Positions 1 to 10,106 of a DNA stretch of 64,000 nucleotides are shown here, piece by piece. A model generated the notes under the pieces. It did no database searches and was not told the DNA's origin. It saw only the letters and a list, made by a program, of their open reading frames with translations. Source of the DNA: Candidatus Zixiibacteriota bacterium (lineage in GTDB: Bacteria; Zixibacteria; MSB-5A5; SM1-73); the NCBI GenBank assembly GCA_049679185.1, contig JBAUFO010000106.1, positions 223 through 64,222 of the forward strand, in the 5' to 3' direction. How positions within the stretch are numbered: the stretch's first letter is position 1; every line of letters starts with the position of its first letter. Position numbers and translations under genes: made by a program.

Positions 1-10
1 CTTCAGCCTG

Positions 11-1024
11 GTGGATATCTCCCAGGCTGCAACCATCTATAGAGAGATCGAGCAGAACAACATGGAGATGGTGCTCTTGGAGAAGGCGCCGGCTATCGCC
101 ATCTACTCCCCACCTACCAAGGAGCCCTGGGATGACGCGGTCACCCTGGCCTTGGCCTATGCGGAGATACCCTATACCACTCTGTGGGATGAGGAGGTCT
201 TAAGAGGTGAGCTGGAGAAGTACGACTGGCTTCATCTGCACCACGAGGATTTTACCGGGCAGTATGGGAAGTTCTATCGTTCCTTCAGAAACGCCCTCTG
301 GTACAAGCAGGAGGTGGCCACCTCCGAGCTCATGGCCAGGAAACTGGGATTCAGGAAGGTGTCGGATGAAAAGAAGATGGTTGCCCGGGCCATCAAGGAC
401 TACGCGGCCCGGGGAGGATTCCTCTTCGCCATGTGCTCCGCCACCGAGACGCTGGATATCGCCTTTGCAGCCGAGGGGGTGGATATCGTTCCCCAGGAGC
501 TGGACGGCGACCCCATGGACCCCGATTGGCCGGAGAGACTCGATTATTCGAAGTGTCTGGCCTTCACCGACTTCGAGGTGTCGACCGATGCCAACAAGTA
601 TGAACACTCCAACATAGACACTGGGCCCGAAAAGGTGGCCGCCCGGATGGGTTTAGAGTCGGACTACTTCACCCTTTTCGATTTTTCCGCCAAGCTTGAC
701 CCGGTACCCACCATGCTGGTGCAGAATCATGTTTCGGTGGTGAAGGGATTCATGGGGCAGAACACAGCTTACAGAAAAAGCCTGTTGAAAAAGTACGTTA
801 CCATCCTGGGAGAGACCGAAGGAAAAGATGAGGTCAAATACATTCATGGAAATATAGGCAGGGGTACCTGGACCTTTTACGGAGGACACGATCCCGAGGA
901 TTACCAGCACATGGTAGGAGATCCGCCCACGGATCTAAGCCTGCATAAAAGCTCTCCGGGATACCGGTTGATTCTGAATAACATTCTATTCCCGGCGGCG
1001 AAGAAGAAAGAGAGAAAAACCTAA
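11..1024 (+). CDS. hypothetical protein, possibly 5'-truncated at the window edge (GTG start; the frame stays open up to position 2)
   Basis: Long ORF with codon usage like its neighbours. The motif RGGFLFAMCSATETLD weakly resembles class-I glutamine-amidotransferase/ThuA-like folds. No confident family assignment. Confidence 0.45.
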   Translation: MDISQAATIYREIEQNNMEMVLLEKAPAIAIYSPPTKEPWDDAVTLALAYAEIPYTTLWDEEVLRGELEKYDWLHLHHEDFTGQYGKFYRSFRNALWYKQEVATSELMARKLGFRKVSDEKKMVARAIKDYAARGGFLFAMCSATETLDIAFAAEGVDIVPQELDGDPMDPDWPERLDYSKCLAFTDFEVSTDANKYEHSNIDTGPEKVAARMGLESDYFTLFDFSAKLDPVPTMLVQNHVSVVKGFMGQNTAYRKSLLKKYVTILGETEGKDEVKYIHGNIGRGTWTFYGGHDPEDYQHMVGDPPTDLSLHKSSPGYRLILNNILFPAAKKKERKT

Positions 1025-1040
1025 GGGCCCTGAAAGACTA

Positions 1041-1670
1041 ATGAACAGATTCGCGACCAGGTCGATTGCGTTCGGAATTCTACTCGTAGTATCTCCCTGG
1101 GTATACTCATATCCCTCGACGCACGATATCCAAACTTATGTCTCTCTCAGTGCCTCGACGAGCCTGTCGCCGCAGAGCGTTGGTTTTCTGCTCGCCCAAC
1201 AGGTGGAAGATTCAACGGCAATCCCAAGAGCTGATTCGATTCGCAGTTGGAGAACCCGAGCCGTAAAACTGAAAAATCCATACTTGGCTCTGGGTATAGC
1301 GGTATATCCAGGAATTGCCTTGCGCGGAGCGGGACATTTGTATGCGGGAAAAGAGGGCACCGCGATGATCTTAATGGGTGCCATGGTGGTAGGTGCTTTG
1401 CTGCTTCTCGGCGCAACCGGCGATCAGGGCCTTGAAGGCAACGGGGATACACTCAATGGAGGCCGTAACAGTGATGGCAGCCTTGAATATGCCTGCGGTG
1501 TTACCGGACTAGTTCTCGTTGCTGGTTCATGGGTTTATGATATCGTGGGAGCTCCTCTCGCCGTTAAGAGGCAGAATGCACGGATTCTCAGAGAGAGAAA
1601 CGCGACGCTGGAATTCGATTTCGACAATGGAGGCGAGTTCGTCCAGATTCAGCTGGTAAGAAGGTTTTAG
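1041..1670 (+). CDS. hypothetical secreted/membrane protein
   Basis: N-terminal hydrophobic signal-like segment (AFGILLVVSPWVYS), a further Gly/Ala-rich hydrophobic stretch, GC content matching the host. Confidence 0.45.
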   Translation: MNRFATRSIAFGILLVVSPWVYSYPSTHDIQTYVSLSASTSLSPQSVGFLLAQQVEDSTAIPRADSIRSWRTRAVKLKNPYLALGIAVYPGIALRGAGHLYAGKEGTAMILMGAMVVGALLLLGATGDQGLEGNGDTLNGGRNSDGSLEYACGVTGLVLVAGSWVYDIVGAPLAVKRQNARILRERNATLEFDFDNGGEFVQIQLVRRF

Positions 1671-1734
1671 TTCGCAGTAGGTCGGGCATCTTCCCCGACG
1701 GTTTTGTCCCGTAACTCCTAGCCAACTTCCGAAC

Positions 1735-2001
1735 ATGAAAAAACACAAGATCAAGGTAAGGGTCGTAAAGATTTTGGAAAAGGGCACATGCCCTGACGGT
1801 TTGAAGGTGGGGGATGAATTCGTTTTTGAACGTATGCCACCGCCGAACTTCTGCCACTGGGCCTATTACTCCATTCTTCCCTTCGTCACTGCTTTGAGAT
1901 TCGGGGGCAACATTCCCTGGGAGAAGAAAGAGGGAACATGCCGCCTCTGCTGCCCCGATCCTGACAACCCGGTGGTCTTCGAGATTACTCGGATAGAGTG
2001 A
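1735..2001 (+). CDS. small Cys-rich protein, resembling the TIGR04076 family
   Basis: 88 aa with KGTCPDG, CHWAY and CRLCCPDPDNP motifs typical of small uncharacterised Cys-rich proteins; the AGG purine run upstream is SD-like. Confidence 0.45.
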   Translation: MKKHKIKVRVVKILEKGTCPDGLKVGDEFVFERMPPPNFCHWAYYSILPFVTALRFGGNIPWEKKEGTCRLCCPDPDNPVVFEITRIE

Positions 2002-2121
2002 TTGTCACAGAGTTCCCCACCTACCCACTACCACTCACCCCCCTGATTCCACCTCTGCCAGAGCAGGGGTTTAGGGACTGTTGAAAAATCTTCTTGTTCG
2101 TGCGGGAATTGTCGTCAAGAT

Positions 2122-2145
2122 CCCGCCTTTGGCGGGGGATTTTTC
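2122..2145 (+). terminator. putative rho-independent terminator (cccgcctttggcggg hairpin followed by a T-run)
   Basis: GC hairpin with a TTTGG loop followed by gatttttcc, downstream of the small Cys-rich protein gene. Confidence 0.4.
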
Positions 2146-2527
2146 CCCGTCCGGGGAATCCTGGTGACCCGCCCAGACGGGCGGTCGTCTGACCGCACGA
2201 ACGCGAATCGGGAATTCTAATTCCCGAACCAACTTAGCTTCCTACATTCTCATCGCAACCAACTTTTTGGTTCCCCGGGCCACACTTTGCAGAAAAAGGG
2301 AGACAAAGATCGTAGAATCTGCAGCGGAGAGGCTCCCTGGAGTGTTCGCCTTCCTTCGACAAGCTCAGGACGGTGAGCAAAGTCGAACCGTCAGGCGAAC
2401 CAAGGCGAAGTCGCAGAACCCGTCCCCGGGGCTTGACACTTCAGAAAAAGCTCTTATAATTCTCCTCTCTGATGCACCTTTTTGGCGCATCCGGATTAGC
2501 TGAACGGATCAACCTCCAGATACTTAG

Positions 2528-3736
2528 GTGAACGTGAAAGACACAGTTCGCATATACTCGGCAACAAGGTTTCTGATCGCCCTCGCCTTCGGAACCATAC
2601 TTCCGGTCTATGTTCTGTATTTCCGGCATTATCAGATAAACCTCTTTGAAATCGCCCTGCTGGCGGCAACCTTCGAAGCATCCATCCTGCTTTTTGAGAT
2701 ACCCACCGGGCTGGTGGCGGATATGTACGGAAGAAGAATCTCGGTCGTCCTTTCCGCCGTCTTTTCCCTGATTGCAGGATTCGTCTTTATCTTCTTTCCC
2801 TTCCTGGCTGGGTTCATCGTGGCCGAGATCGTCGCCGGGCTGGGAGAGACGCTCAGATCAGGAGCTTTGGAGGCTTGGCTGGTTGATTCGTTGAAGCATG
2901 AAGGCAAGGAAGAAAAGGTGAAATCGGCCTTTGCGGCGGGGACCAAGTTCAAGAGCGCAGGCAACCTCCTGGGGCTGATCCTGGGGGGATATTTAGCTTC
3001 GCTCAACATGAAATTGGTCTGGGTGCCCTTCACCGCACTGTTTATCATTCTCTGCCTCTTTCTGATCATGAAGATGAAGGAGAAATACTGGTCGGAAAGG
3101 AAGACCTCGGAGAAAGCAAAGCCCAGGTTATCGGAGACTGTCAAGCAGAGCATTAGTGTTTTGAAGTCGCAAAGACTCATTCTCGCCCTGCTAATACTCC
3201 TCCTCTTCTCCGGGTTCGCCTTCGAAACCATCTCCCAGTTCTGGCAGGTTCATTTCGATGAGAACCTCTCCATACCCACTCAATACTTTGGCTGGATTGT
3301 GGCTATAGCCTTCGTCCTGACCATTCTCCTCATTGACAAAGTCACCGCCCTTTCAGGGAAGTTCAAACGTGAGATCTCATCTCTCTTCATACTTGAATCT
3401 CTCTTTCTGGTGAGTCTGCTGGCTCTTGCTCTGGCCGGCTCTCCTGTTTTGGCGGTCATACTCTTCATCCTGCTCCACTCCTTCGTGAACTTTAAAGAGC
3501 CTATCTTCCTGGATTTGTATAACAAGCGCATCCCCTCGGCCCAGAGGGCTACGCTGCTCTCCTTTCAGAGCCTGGTGGGCTCAACGGGTGAAGTTCTGGC
3601 TGGTCTCTGCATTGGAGTCATAGCCATAAAATTCGGGCTGAGGATCACGTTCGGCTTCGGAACGGTGCTGCTCTTTGCCGGAATAGTTGCTTTCCTCTTA
3701 CTGGCTACATCAAGACCCCGCAGGTCGGGAGCGTGA
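2528..3736 (+). CDS. MFS transporter
   Basis: 402 aa with about 12 predicted transmembrane segments and the D-M-Y-G-R-R motif between TM2 and TM3 (GLVADMYGRRIS), typical of the major facilitator superfamily. GTG start. Confidence 0.8.
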   Translation: MNVKDTVRIYSATRFLIALAFGTILPVYVLYFRHYQINLFEIALLAATFEASILLFEIPTGLVADMYGRRISVVLSAVFSLIAGFVFIFFPFLAGFIVAEIVAGLGETLRSGALEAWLVDSLKHEGKEEKVKSAFAAGTKFKSAGNLLGLILGGYLASLNMKLVWVPFTALFIILCLFLIMKMKEKYWSERKTSEKAKPRLSETVKQSISVLKSQRLILALLILLLFSGFAFETISQFWQVHFDENLSIPTQYFGWIVAIAFVLTILLIDKVTALSGKFKREISSLFILESLFLVSLLALALAGSPVLAVILFILLHSFVNFKEPIFLDLYNKRIPSAQRATLLSFQSLVGSTGEVLAGLCIGVIAIKFGLRITFGFGTVLLFAGIVAFLLLATSRPRRSGA

Positions 3737-3983
3737 ACCGACTTGCAGATAATGTGAAATCCTTTTACCTGCGGTGACGTAATTTTCGATTCGGAAGTTG
3801 CGGGTGTATAAGAATCGGCCAGTCTCTCCGTTTGGCTAACCTCCTGTAAATCAACGAAGTAATCTCATTCCCATGGTGTCGAGCTTGCAGAACGGCCATC
3901 CAGTAGCGCCCTGACCATGCTTACAGTTTGGCGGCAGAAGCTTTGCTTTAAAGCATAAGTGAAAAAAAGCCAGGGAGCAAAGG

Positions 3984-6900
3984 ATGTCGACCAAACTTAG
4001 AAAGATAGTCTTCTTTTTTCTGTTACTCTTCTTTTTCTTCCGGAGCTTTGTCGTCTTCGGTGGCGAGATCAGCCCGGATCTTGCACTGAAACTGAGCGAC
4101 CTGAAGGCAGATGAATCTGCTACATGCTTAGTGGTGATGAAAGAGCAGGCCAACACGGTTCAATTGAGCTCCAAGCTCAATCTTCATAAAGCTACCAGGA
4201 AGGTGAGACACCAGAGAGTGTTGGGAGCACTGAAAGACAGGGCAACAAGCTCTCAATCGCAGTTGATCGATTATCTGAATCAGAGGTTTCTTGATGGAAG
4301 CGTTAGAGATTTCAAACCCTTCTGGATATCCAATGCCATCCTGGTGACCGCCACCGGGGATGAGATCAAAAGAATCGCCCCATTTCCGGGAGTCGAGGCT
4401 CTCTATGAGAACTACCCCATTACGCTGGTTGAGCCGGTATCCATCGAGAAGTCCAGCGGAAACAGTGTGGAAAGGGAAAAAATCCTGTCTGCCATCGGCG
4501 CCCGGGGAGCCTGGGGGATGGGATACACGGGATGTGGGCGACTGGTGTGCAGCTTCGACACCGGTGTGGATGGAGACCATCCGGCACTGCTCTCAAACTG
4601 GCGAGGCAATAACGGCGGTTCACCCTCTGATAGCTGGCTCGATCCCTTCGGCTCGAATTTTCCAGAGGATGGCAGAGGACACGGAACTCATACCATGGGT
4701 GTCATGGCGGGAATTTCGGATGGTGACACCATCGGGGTGGCGTTTGATGCTCAGTGGATCTGTGCCGCGGTGATAGACAGGGGCGTATCCATCTCCCAAA
4801 CTATCGGAAACATACTGGCTGCCTTCCAATGGGCAGTGGATCCGGATGGTGATCCGGGGACCATCGACGACGTTCCGGACGTAATCAACAACTCCTGGGG
4901 CGTCCCTCCGGGATATTTCGCTCCATGTGACCAGACCTTCTGGAACGCCATAGACAACGTGGAGAGTGCCGGGGTGGTGGTGATCTTCGCTGCGGGAAAC
5001 GAGGGCCCGGACGCTTCCTCCATGAGGATTCCCGCTGACCGGATATCCTCGCCCACCAACTCCTTCTCCGTCGGCGCCATCGATGCTTTAAGCTTCGGCT
5101 ATCCTGTGGCCCGGTTCAGCTCGCGTGGTCCCTCCGGCTGCGACAACCAGACCGTAAAACCGGAGGTCTGTGCCCCGGGGGTCGGCATTTACTCCTGCTA
5201 CAAAGAGGGCGAATACCGTCTGATGAGTGGAACCTCCATGGCAGCCCCGTTTGTGTCGGGAGCGGTTGCCATTTTGAGACAATACAATCCTGATGCCACG
5301 GTGGAGCAGATCAAACAGGCACTTTTAGAATCGTGCGCAGACTTGGGTCCTGCCGGGGAGGATAACAGCTACGGTCACGGATTGATAAACATCAAGAGAG
5401 CGCTGGAGATCCTGCCCAAAGCCGATCTGCCAAACCTGTATCTAGCTGACTTCTACGTTGCGGGGGGAGTCGATCCCCGGCCGGGAGACCAGATTGGTCT
5501 GGTGGTGGAGCTAAAGAACAGCGGAGTAGATGCAGACGGCGTTTATGCCATTCTCTCCACCTCCGATTCACTGGTCCAAATCGCATCAGACAGCTTCTAT
5601 CTGGGCGAGGTTGAGGTGGACCAGGAAACGTCCAATTCCAACTCTCCCTTCCAGGTGAGCTTTGACCAGAATATGCCCGTGGGAAGAAAGGTGAAATTCG
5701 CCCTGCGGGTTGTGGCTCAACACCCGGAGTATTATTCGGAAGTAAGCTTCTCCATAACCGTTGGCTCCCTGCCTCCTTTCTCCATCGGCGATCACGACGT
5801 AGGCGATTTCATTTTCACACTGTCTAATTTCGGGCAGTATGGTTTGGCTGACAAGTCCTTCAATCCCTTAGGGGGAAAAGGATGGGTTTATCCCCGCGGC
5901 GGGGAAAATCATCTTTATGAGGCGGCGCTCTTGATCGGATGTGGCCCGGATCATATTTCGGACGGCGCCAGGGGAGAAGATGGAAAGACTCCCCAGCAGG
6001 ATTTTGAGGCGCTTCCCGAAGGCCAACTCTCTATCCAGACCCCCGGGATTGTATCGGACCAGGATGGGTTGTGCAAGTTCTCGGATGCGCGCGCTGAGAA
6101 TCCCCTGGGCCTGGAGATGACGCAGAAGAGCTTCGCCTATGGCGATCCGGACAACGATGATTATCTGATCCTGCTGTACAACATAAGGAATACCGGCGCC
6201 AATACACTTCAGAGCACCTTCGTGGGATTGTTCTTCGACTGGGACATCTCCTTAGGCTCGCCGGACGACGATGAGATCGGCTTCGACCCGGTTCTGTCAC
6301 TGTATTACCAATTCGATCAAGAGAACGACATATACTTAAGCGTGGTTCCGCTCTCCGGATTGTCCTGTTTTTCAAATCCGGTGGACAACGCCCTCATCTT
6401 GTATGATGGATTCTCCGACGAGGAGAAATTCGAATTATTGGGCGGGCAGGCTTACAGAAGCATCGGTGAGGAATTTGCCACCGGTGAAGAGTCTGAGATT
6501 TCTACCTCGGAGAAAAAAGACTGGTCACAGATGGTCTCCTATGGCCCGCTTACCCTGGCTCCGCAGGATAGCACCGTGGTGGCTTTTGCCGTCGTGGGCG
6601 GAGAAGGCTTAGATGAGTTCCGGGCCAACATAACTGCGGCCCAGGTGAAGTATGGCTGCATGTGCACCGGCACAGAGGAAGAAAACGAAGAGAACGTTTT
6701 GCCTGAGCTGTTCTCCCTTGGTCAGAATTTCCCGAATCCTTTTAATCCTGCCACTACCATAGCGTTTGACCTGAGTCCGGAATATAAGCTTCTAACCCCT
6801 CCCCAGCAGCCGAGAGGGGAGAACGAACCGCTGGTTCCACAAAAGGAGCAGATTTCCAGCATTCGCACGTCACTGAAAATCTACAACCTCCGGGGACAGT

Positions 6901-7061
6901 TGGTGAAGACCTTAATCGAGGGCGAACTCTCTCCGGGAAGATATGAGTTCATCTGGGACGGGACGGATGAGAAGGGTGAAAAGGTTGCCTCCGGTGTATA
7001 TCTCTACCGCCTGAAGACCCCCCAGAGCCAGATCACCCGCAGAATGATCCTGCTCAAGTAA
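3984..7061 (+). CDS. secreted S8 subtilisin-family serine protease with N-terminal I9-like propeptide and T9SS C-terminal sorting domain
   Basis: Signal peptide; Asp/His/Ser catalytic motifs (DTGVDGDHPAL, GHGTHTMG, GTSMAAPFVSGAVAIL); C-terminus NFPNPFNP...KIYNLRGQLVKTL...GVYLYRLK...RRMILLK is a Por_Secre_tail/T9SS C-terminal domain. Confidence 0.9.
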   Translation: MSTKLRKIVFFFLLLFFFFRSFVVFGGEISPDLALKLSDLKADESATCLVVMKEQANTVQLSSKLNLHKATRKVRHQRVLGALKDRATSSQSQLIDYLNQRFLDGSVRDFKPFWISNAILVTATGDEIKRIAPFPGVEALYENYPITLVEPVSIEKSSGNSVEREKILSAIGARGAWGMGYTGCGRLVCSFDTGVDGDHPALLSNWRGNNGGSPSDSWLDPFGSNFPEDGRGHGTHTMGVMAGISDGDTIGVAFDAQWICAAVIDRGVSISQTIGNILAAFQWAVDPDGDPGTIDDVPDVINNSWGVPPGYFAPCDQTFWNAIDNVESAGVVVIFAAGNEGPDASSMRIPADRISSPTNSFSVGAIDALSFGYPVARFSSRGPSGCDNQTVKPEVCAPGVGIYSCYKEGEYRLMSGTSMAAPFVSGAVAILRQYNPDATVEQIKQALLESCADLGPAGEDNSYGHGLINIKRALEILPKADLPNLYLADFYVAGGVDPRPGDQIGLVVELKNSGVDADGVYAILSTSDSLVQIASDSFYLGEVEVDQETSNSNSPFQVSFDQNMPVGRKVKFALRVVAQHPEYYSEVSFSITVGSLPPFSIGDHDVGDFIFTLSNFGQYGLADKSFNPLGGKGWVYPRGGENHLYEAALLIGCGPDHISDGARGEDGKTPQQDFEALPEGQLSIQTPGIVSDQDGLCKFSDARAENPLGLEMTQKSFAYGDPDNDDYLILLYNIRNTGANTLQSTFVGLFFDWDISLGSPDDDEIGFDPVLSLYYQFDQENDIYLSVVPLSGLSCFSNPVDNALILYDGFSDEEKFELLGGQAYRSIGEEFATGEESEISTSEKKDWSQMVSYGPLTLAPQDSTVVAFAVVGGEGLDEFRANITAAQVKYGCMCTGTEEENEENVLPELFSLGQNFPNPFNPATTIAFDLSPEYKLLTPPQQPRGENEPLVPQKEQISSIRTSLKIYNLRGQLVKTLIEGELSPGRYEFIWDGTDEKGEKVASGVYLYRLKTPQSQITRRMILLK

Positions 7062-7113
7062 TGAGGCGTTTGGGACTACATCCCGAACACCGACCGGCAG
7101 AAGACAACCCCGA

Positions 7114-7164
7114 CATCCCGGAGAAAAGGCGGGGTACATCCCGCCGCCGCCGGGATGCGGTTTT
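7114..7164 (+). terminator. putative rho-independent terminator after the S8 protease gene
   Basis: Nested GC hairpins (catcccgg...ggcggggtacatcccgcc...ccgggatg) followed by cggtttt. Confidence 0.5.
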
Positions 7165-7237
7165 CCACGGGCTTACCGTCTCGCCCAGGGAGAGGGAACC
7201 ACTTTCCTTCTCCCTTGGGGACAAAGGTCAAAAACAG

Positions 7238-7266
7238 TTGTCAGGATGTGGGATTGTTCGTATAAT
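7238..7266 (+). promoter_or_regulatory. sigma70-like promoter candidate for the M6 protease gene (TTGTCA, 17 nt spacer, TATAAT)
   Basis: ttgtca at 7238-7243, 17-nt spacer, tataat at 7261-7266, about 70 nt upstream of the ATG at 7338, followed by a small 5'-UTR hairpin (aggatgctcagacggcatcct). Confidence 0.35.
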
Positions 7267-7337
7267 AATAGGATGCTCAGACGGCATCCTGTTTTTGTCA
7301 AAGAACTTGCTGCTGCGCAAACCTAATGGAGTAGAAC

Positions 7338-10106
7338 ATGAGATATAGGATTGTCGCGACGTTTCTCCTAACCGTTCTTCTCTTTCTGAGTTGGCATCAG
7401 GACATCCTCGGAGTTGCCCTGACGCGGGAGGTGGCGGAGAAGCTCGAAAAAGAGGGGAAGCTGCAGGAGTGGGTGGACCGGTGGGAGTCTGCTGCCCGGC
7501 GGGGCATGTACGACACGACTCCGGACCAGCTTCTCAGGCTGGCCAAAGTCAGATCCAAGGGTTTCGCCCAACCGGAAACCTTAAGGCCTCTGGTACTGCT
7601 GGTTGACTTCAGCGATAACGTGCAAAGCCAGACCCCCGACACGTTCACTACCCTTCTCTTCTCGGAAGGTTTCGTCTTTTCCACCGGCAGCTTCAGGGAT
7701 TATCACCTGGAGAACTCCTACGGTCAGCACGATCCTCAAGGCGGGGTGGAGGGATGGGTGAGAATGGACTCGACCTACGCCTACTATGTAGCCGGGGCGC
7801 AAGGTTTCGGCTCCTATCCTCGTAATGCCCGTGGATTGGTTGAGGACGCGTTGGCTGCCGCTGATCCTTACATAAATTTCCAGGACTACGACTATGATAA
7901 CAATGGATGGATAGATGGATTGATGATAGTTCATGCTGGTCCGGGTGCTGAGGAGACAGGAAGTCAGGATGACATCTGGTCGCATCGCTGGTGGATCGGT
8001 GCACAGGAAAGAGATAGCGTCTGGATATCTTCCTACACCATGCAGCCGGAGACGCACGCAAACGGCTCGTTGATCGATATCGGCGTCTTCTGCCACGAGT
8101 GGGGGCACTTCCTGGGCATCAATTGGGAAGAATATGATAGGTATGAGCCGGGGTACGGGTTGGGTAACTGGAGCGTGATGGCGACCGGCTGTTATAACAA
8201 CGGTGGAAGAAAGCCGGCACATCACAGTGCCTACGCCAAATCGTACCTGAATTGGACAAGTGTCGACATTGTGACGTCAAACCGCATAAACCAGGAAATC
8301 ATCCAGGCGGAGACCTCGCCCATTTCTTACCGTCTCTGGACGTCGGGAGGTGTGGGTCATGAGTTCTTTATGGTGGAGAACAGGCAGAAGACCGGTTTCG
8401 ACTCCCATCTTCCGGGAAGTGGTCTCTTAATCTATCACGTGGATGTGTGGGAGACTACTAACGACAATGAATGGTGTCCAGGTGACCCCGGCGGTGACCA
8501 TTATAAAACGGCATTGGAGCAGGCGGACGGGAAGTTTCAGTTGGAGGGATGTTTCGGGTTCGGCAATAATAAGGGCGACGTTTATGATCCTTTTCCGGGA
8601 GCCTTGGACAAGAGAGCTTTCGATGACACGACTACCTCCAGCTCGCGCGACTACAGCGATAATCCAACCCAGGTGGCGGTGTGGAACATCTCCGGTTCAG
8701 GCCCGATAATGTACGCCAATCTGGACGTGACCTGGTCGAGGCCGAACTTAGTTGTGGATGATCTTTTCTTCAACGATTCCTCCGGGGGAGATGGAGACGG
8801 CAACGCAGAGCCGGAAGAGACGGTGGAGCTCTATTTGGTCATCTCCAACTCATGGGCAGATCTTCTCAATGCCGGCGTTGTGGCATCTGCAGACACCGAG
8901 GGAATCGTGTTCGACGTCGATTCCGTCGGCTTGGGAGACATCCTCTCCGGCGGGACGGCAGACAACTACGGGAATCCGCTTGAATTCACCGTGGCGCCGG
9001 AATTTCCCAATAAGAAGGTCAATTTCACCTTTCAGGTCTGCGGAAACGGAGGGGCGTACTGCACTGATATAGGGAAAGATGCGAACATAGGTCCGCCGGA
9101 GGTCCTGTTAGTGGATGACGACGATTACACCAGTGGAGGTTCCAACTACGTTGCCACTTACGAGAAAGCGCTGGATCTCTGCTGCACGGTCTACGACGTG
9201 TGGGATAAAAAAGCAAAGCCCGATGCTTCGGTTGAGCTTTCCGACTATCCCATCGTAATCTGGTATACCGGAGACCACAGGGTATCGCTTTTGTCCTCTG
9301 AGGACGTCACGGACCTCAAGAATTATCTGGACGGAGGGGGAAAGCTGTTTATGACCAGCCAGGATGCTGCCGAGAAACTCTCCTCCGGCACGGCGTCGGA
9401 TCAGATTTTCCTGAGCGATTATCTGCGTGCCAGCTATGGAGGAACCTGCGGGAGATTCCTGGCCGTGGGGATGGTGGGGGATCCGCTGGCCGACAGCCTA
9501 TTCACCCTTTTCACCAGTGAAGTCTGTGCTGCTGGGAACCAGAGTTCAAAAGACATTGTGAACCCCGAAGGATCTGCTTCCGCGATAATGAAATATGCGA
9601 ATGGATTTACCGCCCCTACGGATTCAGTAGCTGCAATCAAATACCACGGGGATTTCAAGGTAGTATTCTTCGGGTTCGGATTTGAGGGAATGGATAGCTG
9701 CGGAGGTGACTTTAAGGCTCCTCTTTCTGCACCTGAGCACGTGATGGAGCGTGTCTTGAACTGGTTGAGGGGAACCTCGGACGTGTTTGACTGGGAGGAG
9801 GAGTCTGTCAACCGGCCCAGGGAAATCCACCTTGCCCAGAATCACCCCAATCCTTTCAATCCTGTTACCAGTATTCAGTATTCAGTAGGCGGAAGACAGA
9901 GACCGGTCCACACCACCCTCAAGATCTTTAACGTCATAGGACAACTCGTGCGGACGCTGGTGGATGAAGAAAGACTGCCGGGGACCCATTCGGTAACCTG
10001 GGATGGCAAGGATGAGAAAGGAAACGAGGTCTCCAGCGGAGTATATTTCTATCAACTGAAGGCAAGAGATCAGACCGAGACCAAGAAGATGGTTTTGCTG
10101 AAATAG
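7338..10106 (+). CDS. M6-family (immune inhibitor A-like) zinc metalloprotease with T9SS C-terminal sorting domain
   Basis: HEXXH zinc motif in VFCHEWGHFLG; N-terminal signal peptide; C-terminus NHPNPFNP...LKIFNVIGQLVRTL...GVYFYQLK...KKMVLLK is a T9SS C-terminal domain. Confidence 0.85.
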   Translation: MRYRIVATFLLTVLLFLSWHQDILGVALTREVAEKLEKEGKLQEWVDRWESAARRGMYDTTPDQLLRLAKVRSKGFAQPETLRPLVLLVDFSDNVQSQTPDTFTTLLFSEGFVFSTGSFRDYHLENSYGQHDPQGGVEGWVRMDSTYAYYVAGAQGFGSYPRNARGLVEDALAAADPYINFQDYDYDNNGWIDGLMIVHAGPGAEETGSQDDIWSHRWWIGAQERDSVWISSYTMQPETHANGSLIDIGVFCHEWGHFLGINWEEYDRYEPGYGLGNWSVMATGCYNNGGRKPAHHSAYAKSYLNWTSVDIVTSNRINQEIIQAETSPISYRLWTSGGVGHEFFMVENRQKTGFDSHLPGSGLLIYHVDVWETTNDNEWCPGDPGGDHYKTALEQADGKFQLEGCFGFGNNKGDVYDPFPGALDKRAFDDTTTSSSRDYSDNPTQVAVWNISGSGPIMYANLDVTWSRPNLVVDDLFFNDSSGGDGDGNAEPEETVELYLVISNSWADLLNAGVVASADTEGIVFDVDSVGLGDILSGGTADNYGNPLEFTVAPEFPNKKVNFTFQVCGNGGAYCTDIGKDANIGPPEVLLVDDDDYTSGGSNYVATYEKALDLCCTVYDVWDKKAKPDASVELSDYPIVIWYTGDHRVSLLSSEDVTDLKNYLDGGGKLFMTSQDAAEKLSSGTASDQIFLSDYLRASYGGTCGRFLAVGMVGDPLADSLFTLFTSEVCAAGNQSSKDIVNPEGSASAIMKYANGFTAPTDSVAAIKYHGDFKVVFFGFGFEGMDSCGGDFKAPLSAPEHVMERVLNWLRGTSDVFDWEEESVNRPREIHLAQNHPNPFNPVTSIQYSVGGRQRPVHTTLKIFNVIGQLVRTLVDEERLPGTHSVTWDGKDEKGNEVSSGVYFYQLKARDQTETKKMVLLK

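Noticed and set aside
7061-7348. 95-aa ORF between the two protease genes
   Set aside because: It covers the terminator hairpins and the promoter-like region, is Arg/Gly-rich with low complexity, and has no RBS.
7581-8225. 214-aa minus-strand ORF, and other 60-240 aa ORFs nested in large genes (e.g. 200-607, 20026-20580, 21656-22354, 40746-41468, 44021-44479, 45217-45738, 51830-52348)
   Set aside because: All are antisense or out-of-frame shadows inside well-supported CDSs with recognisable catalytic motifs. None has an RBS or independent domain signal.
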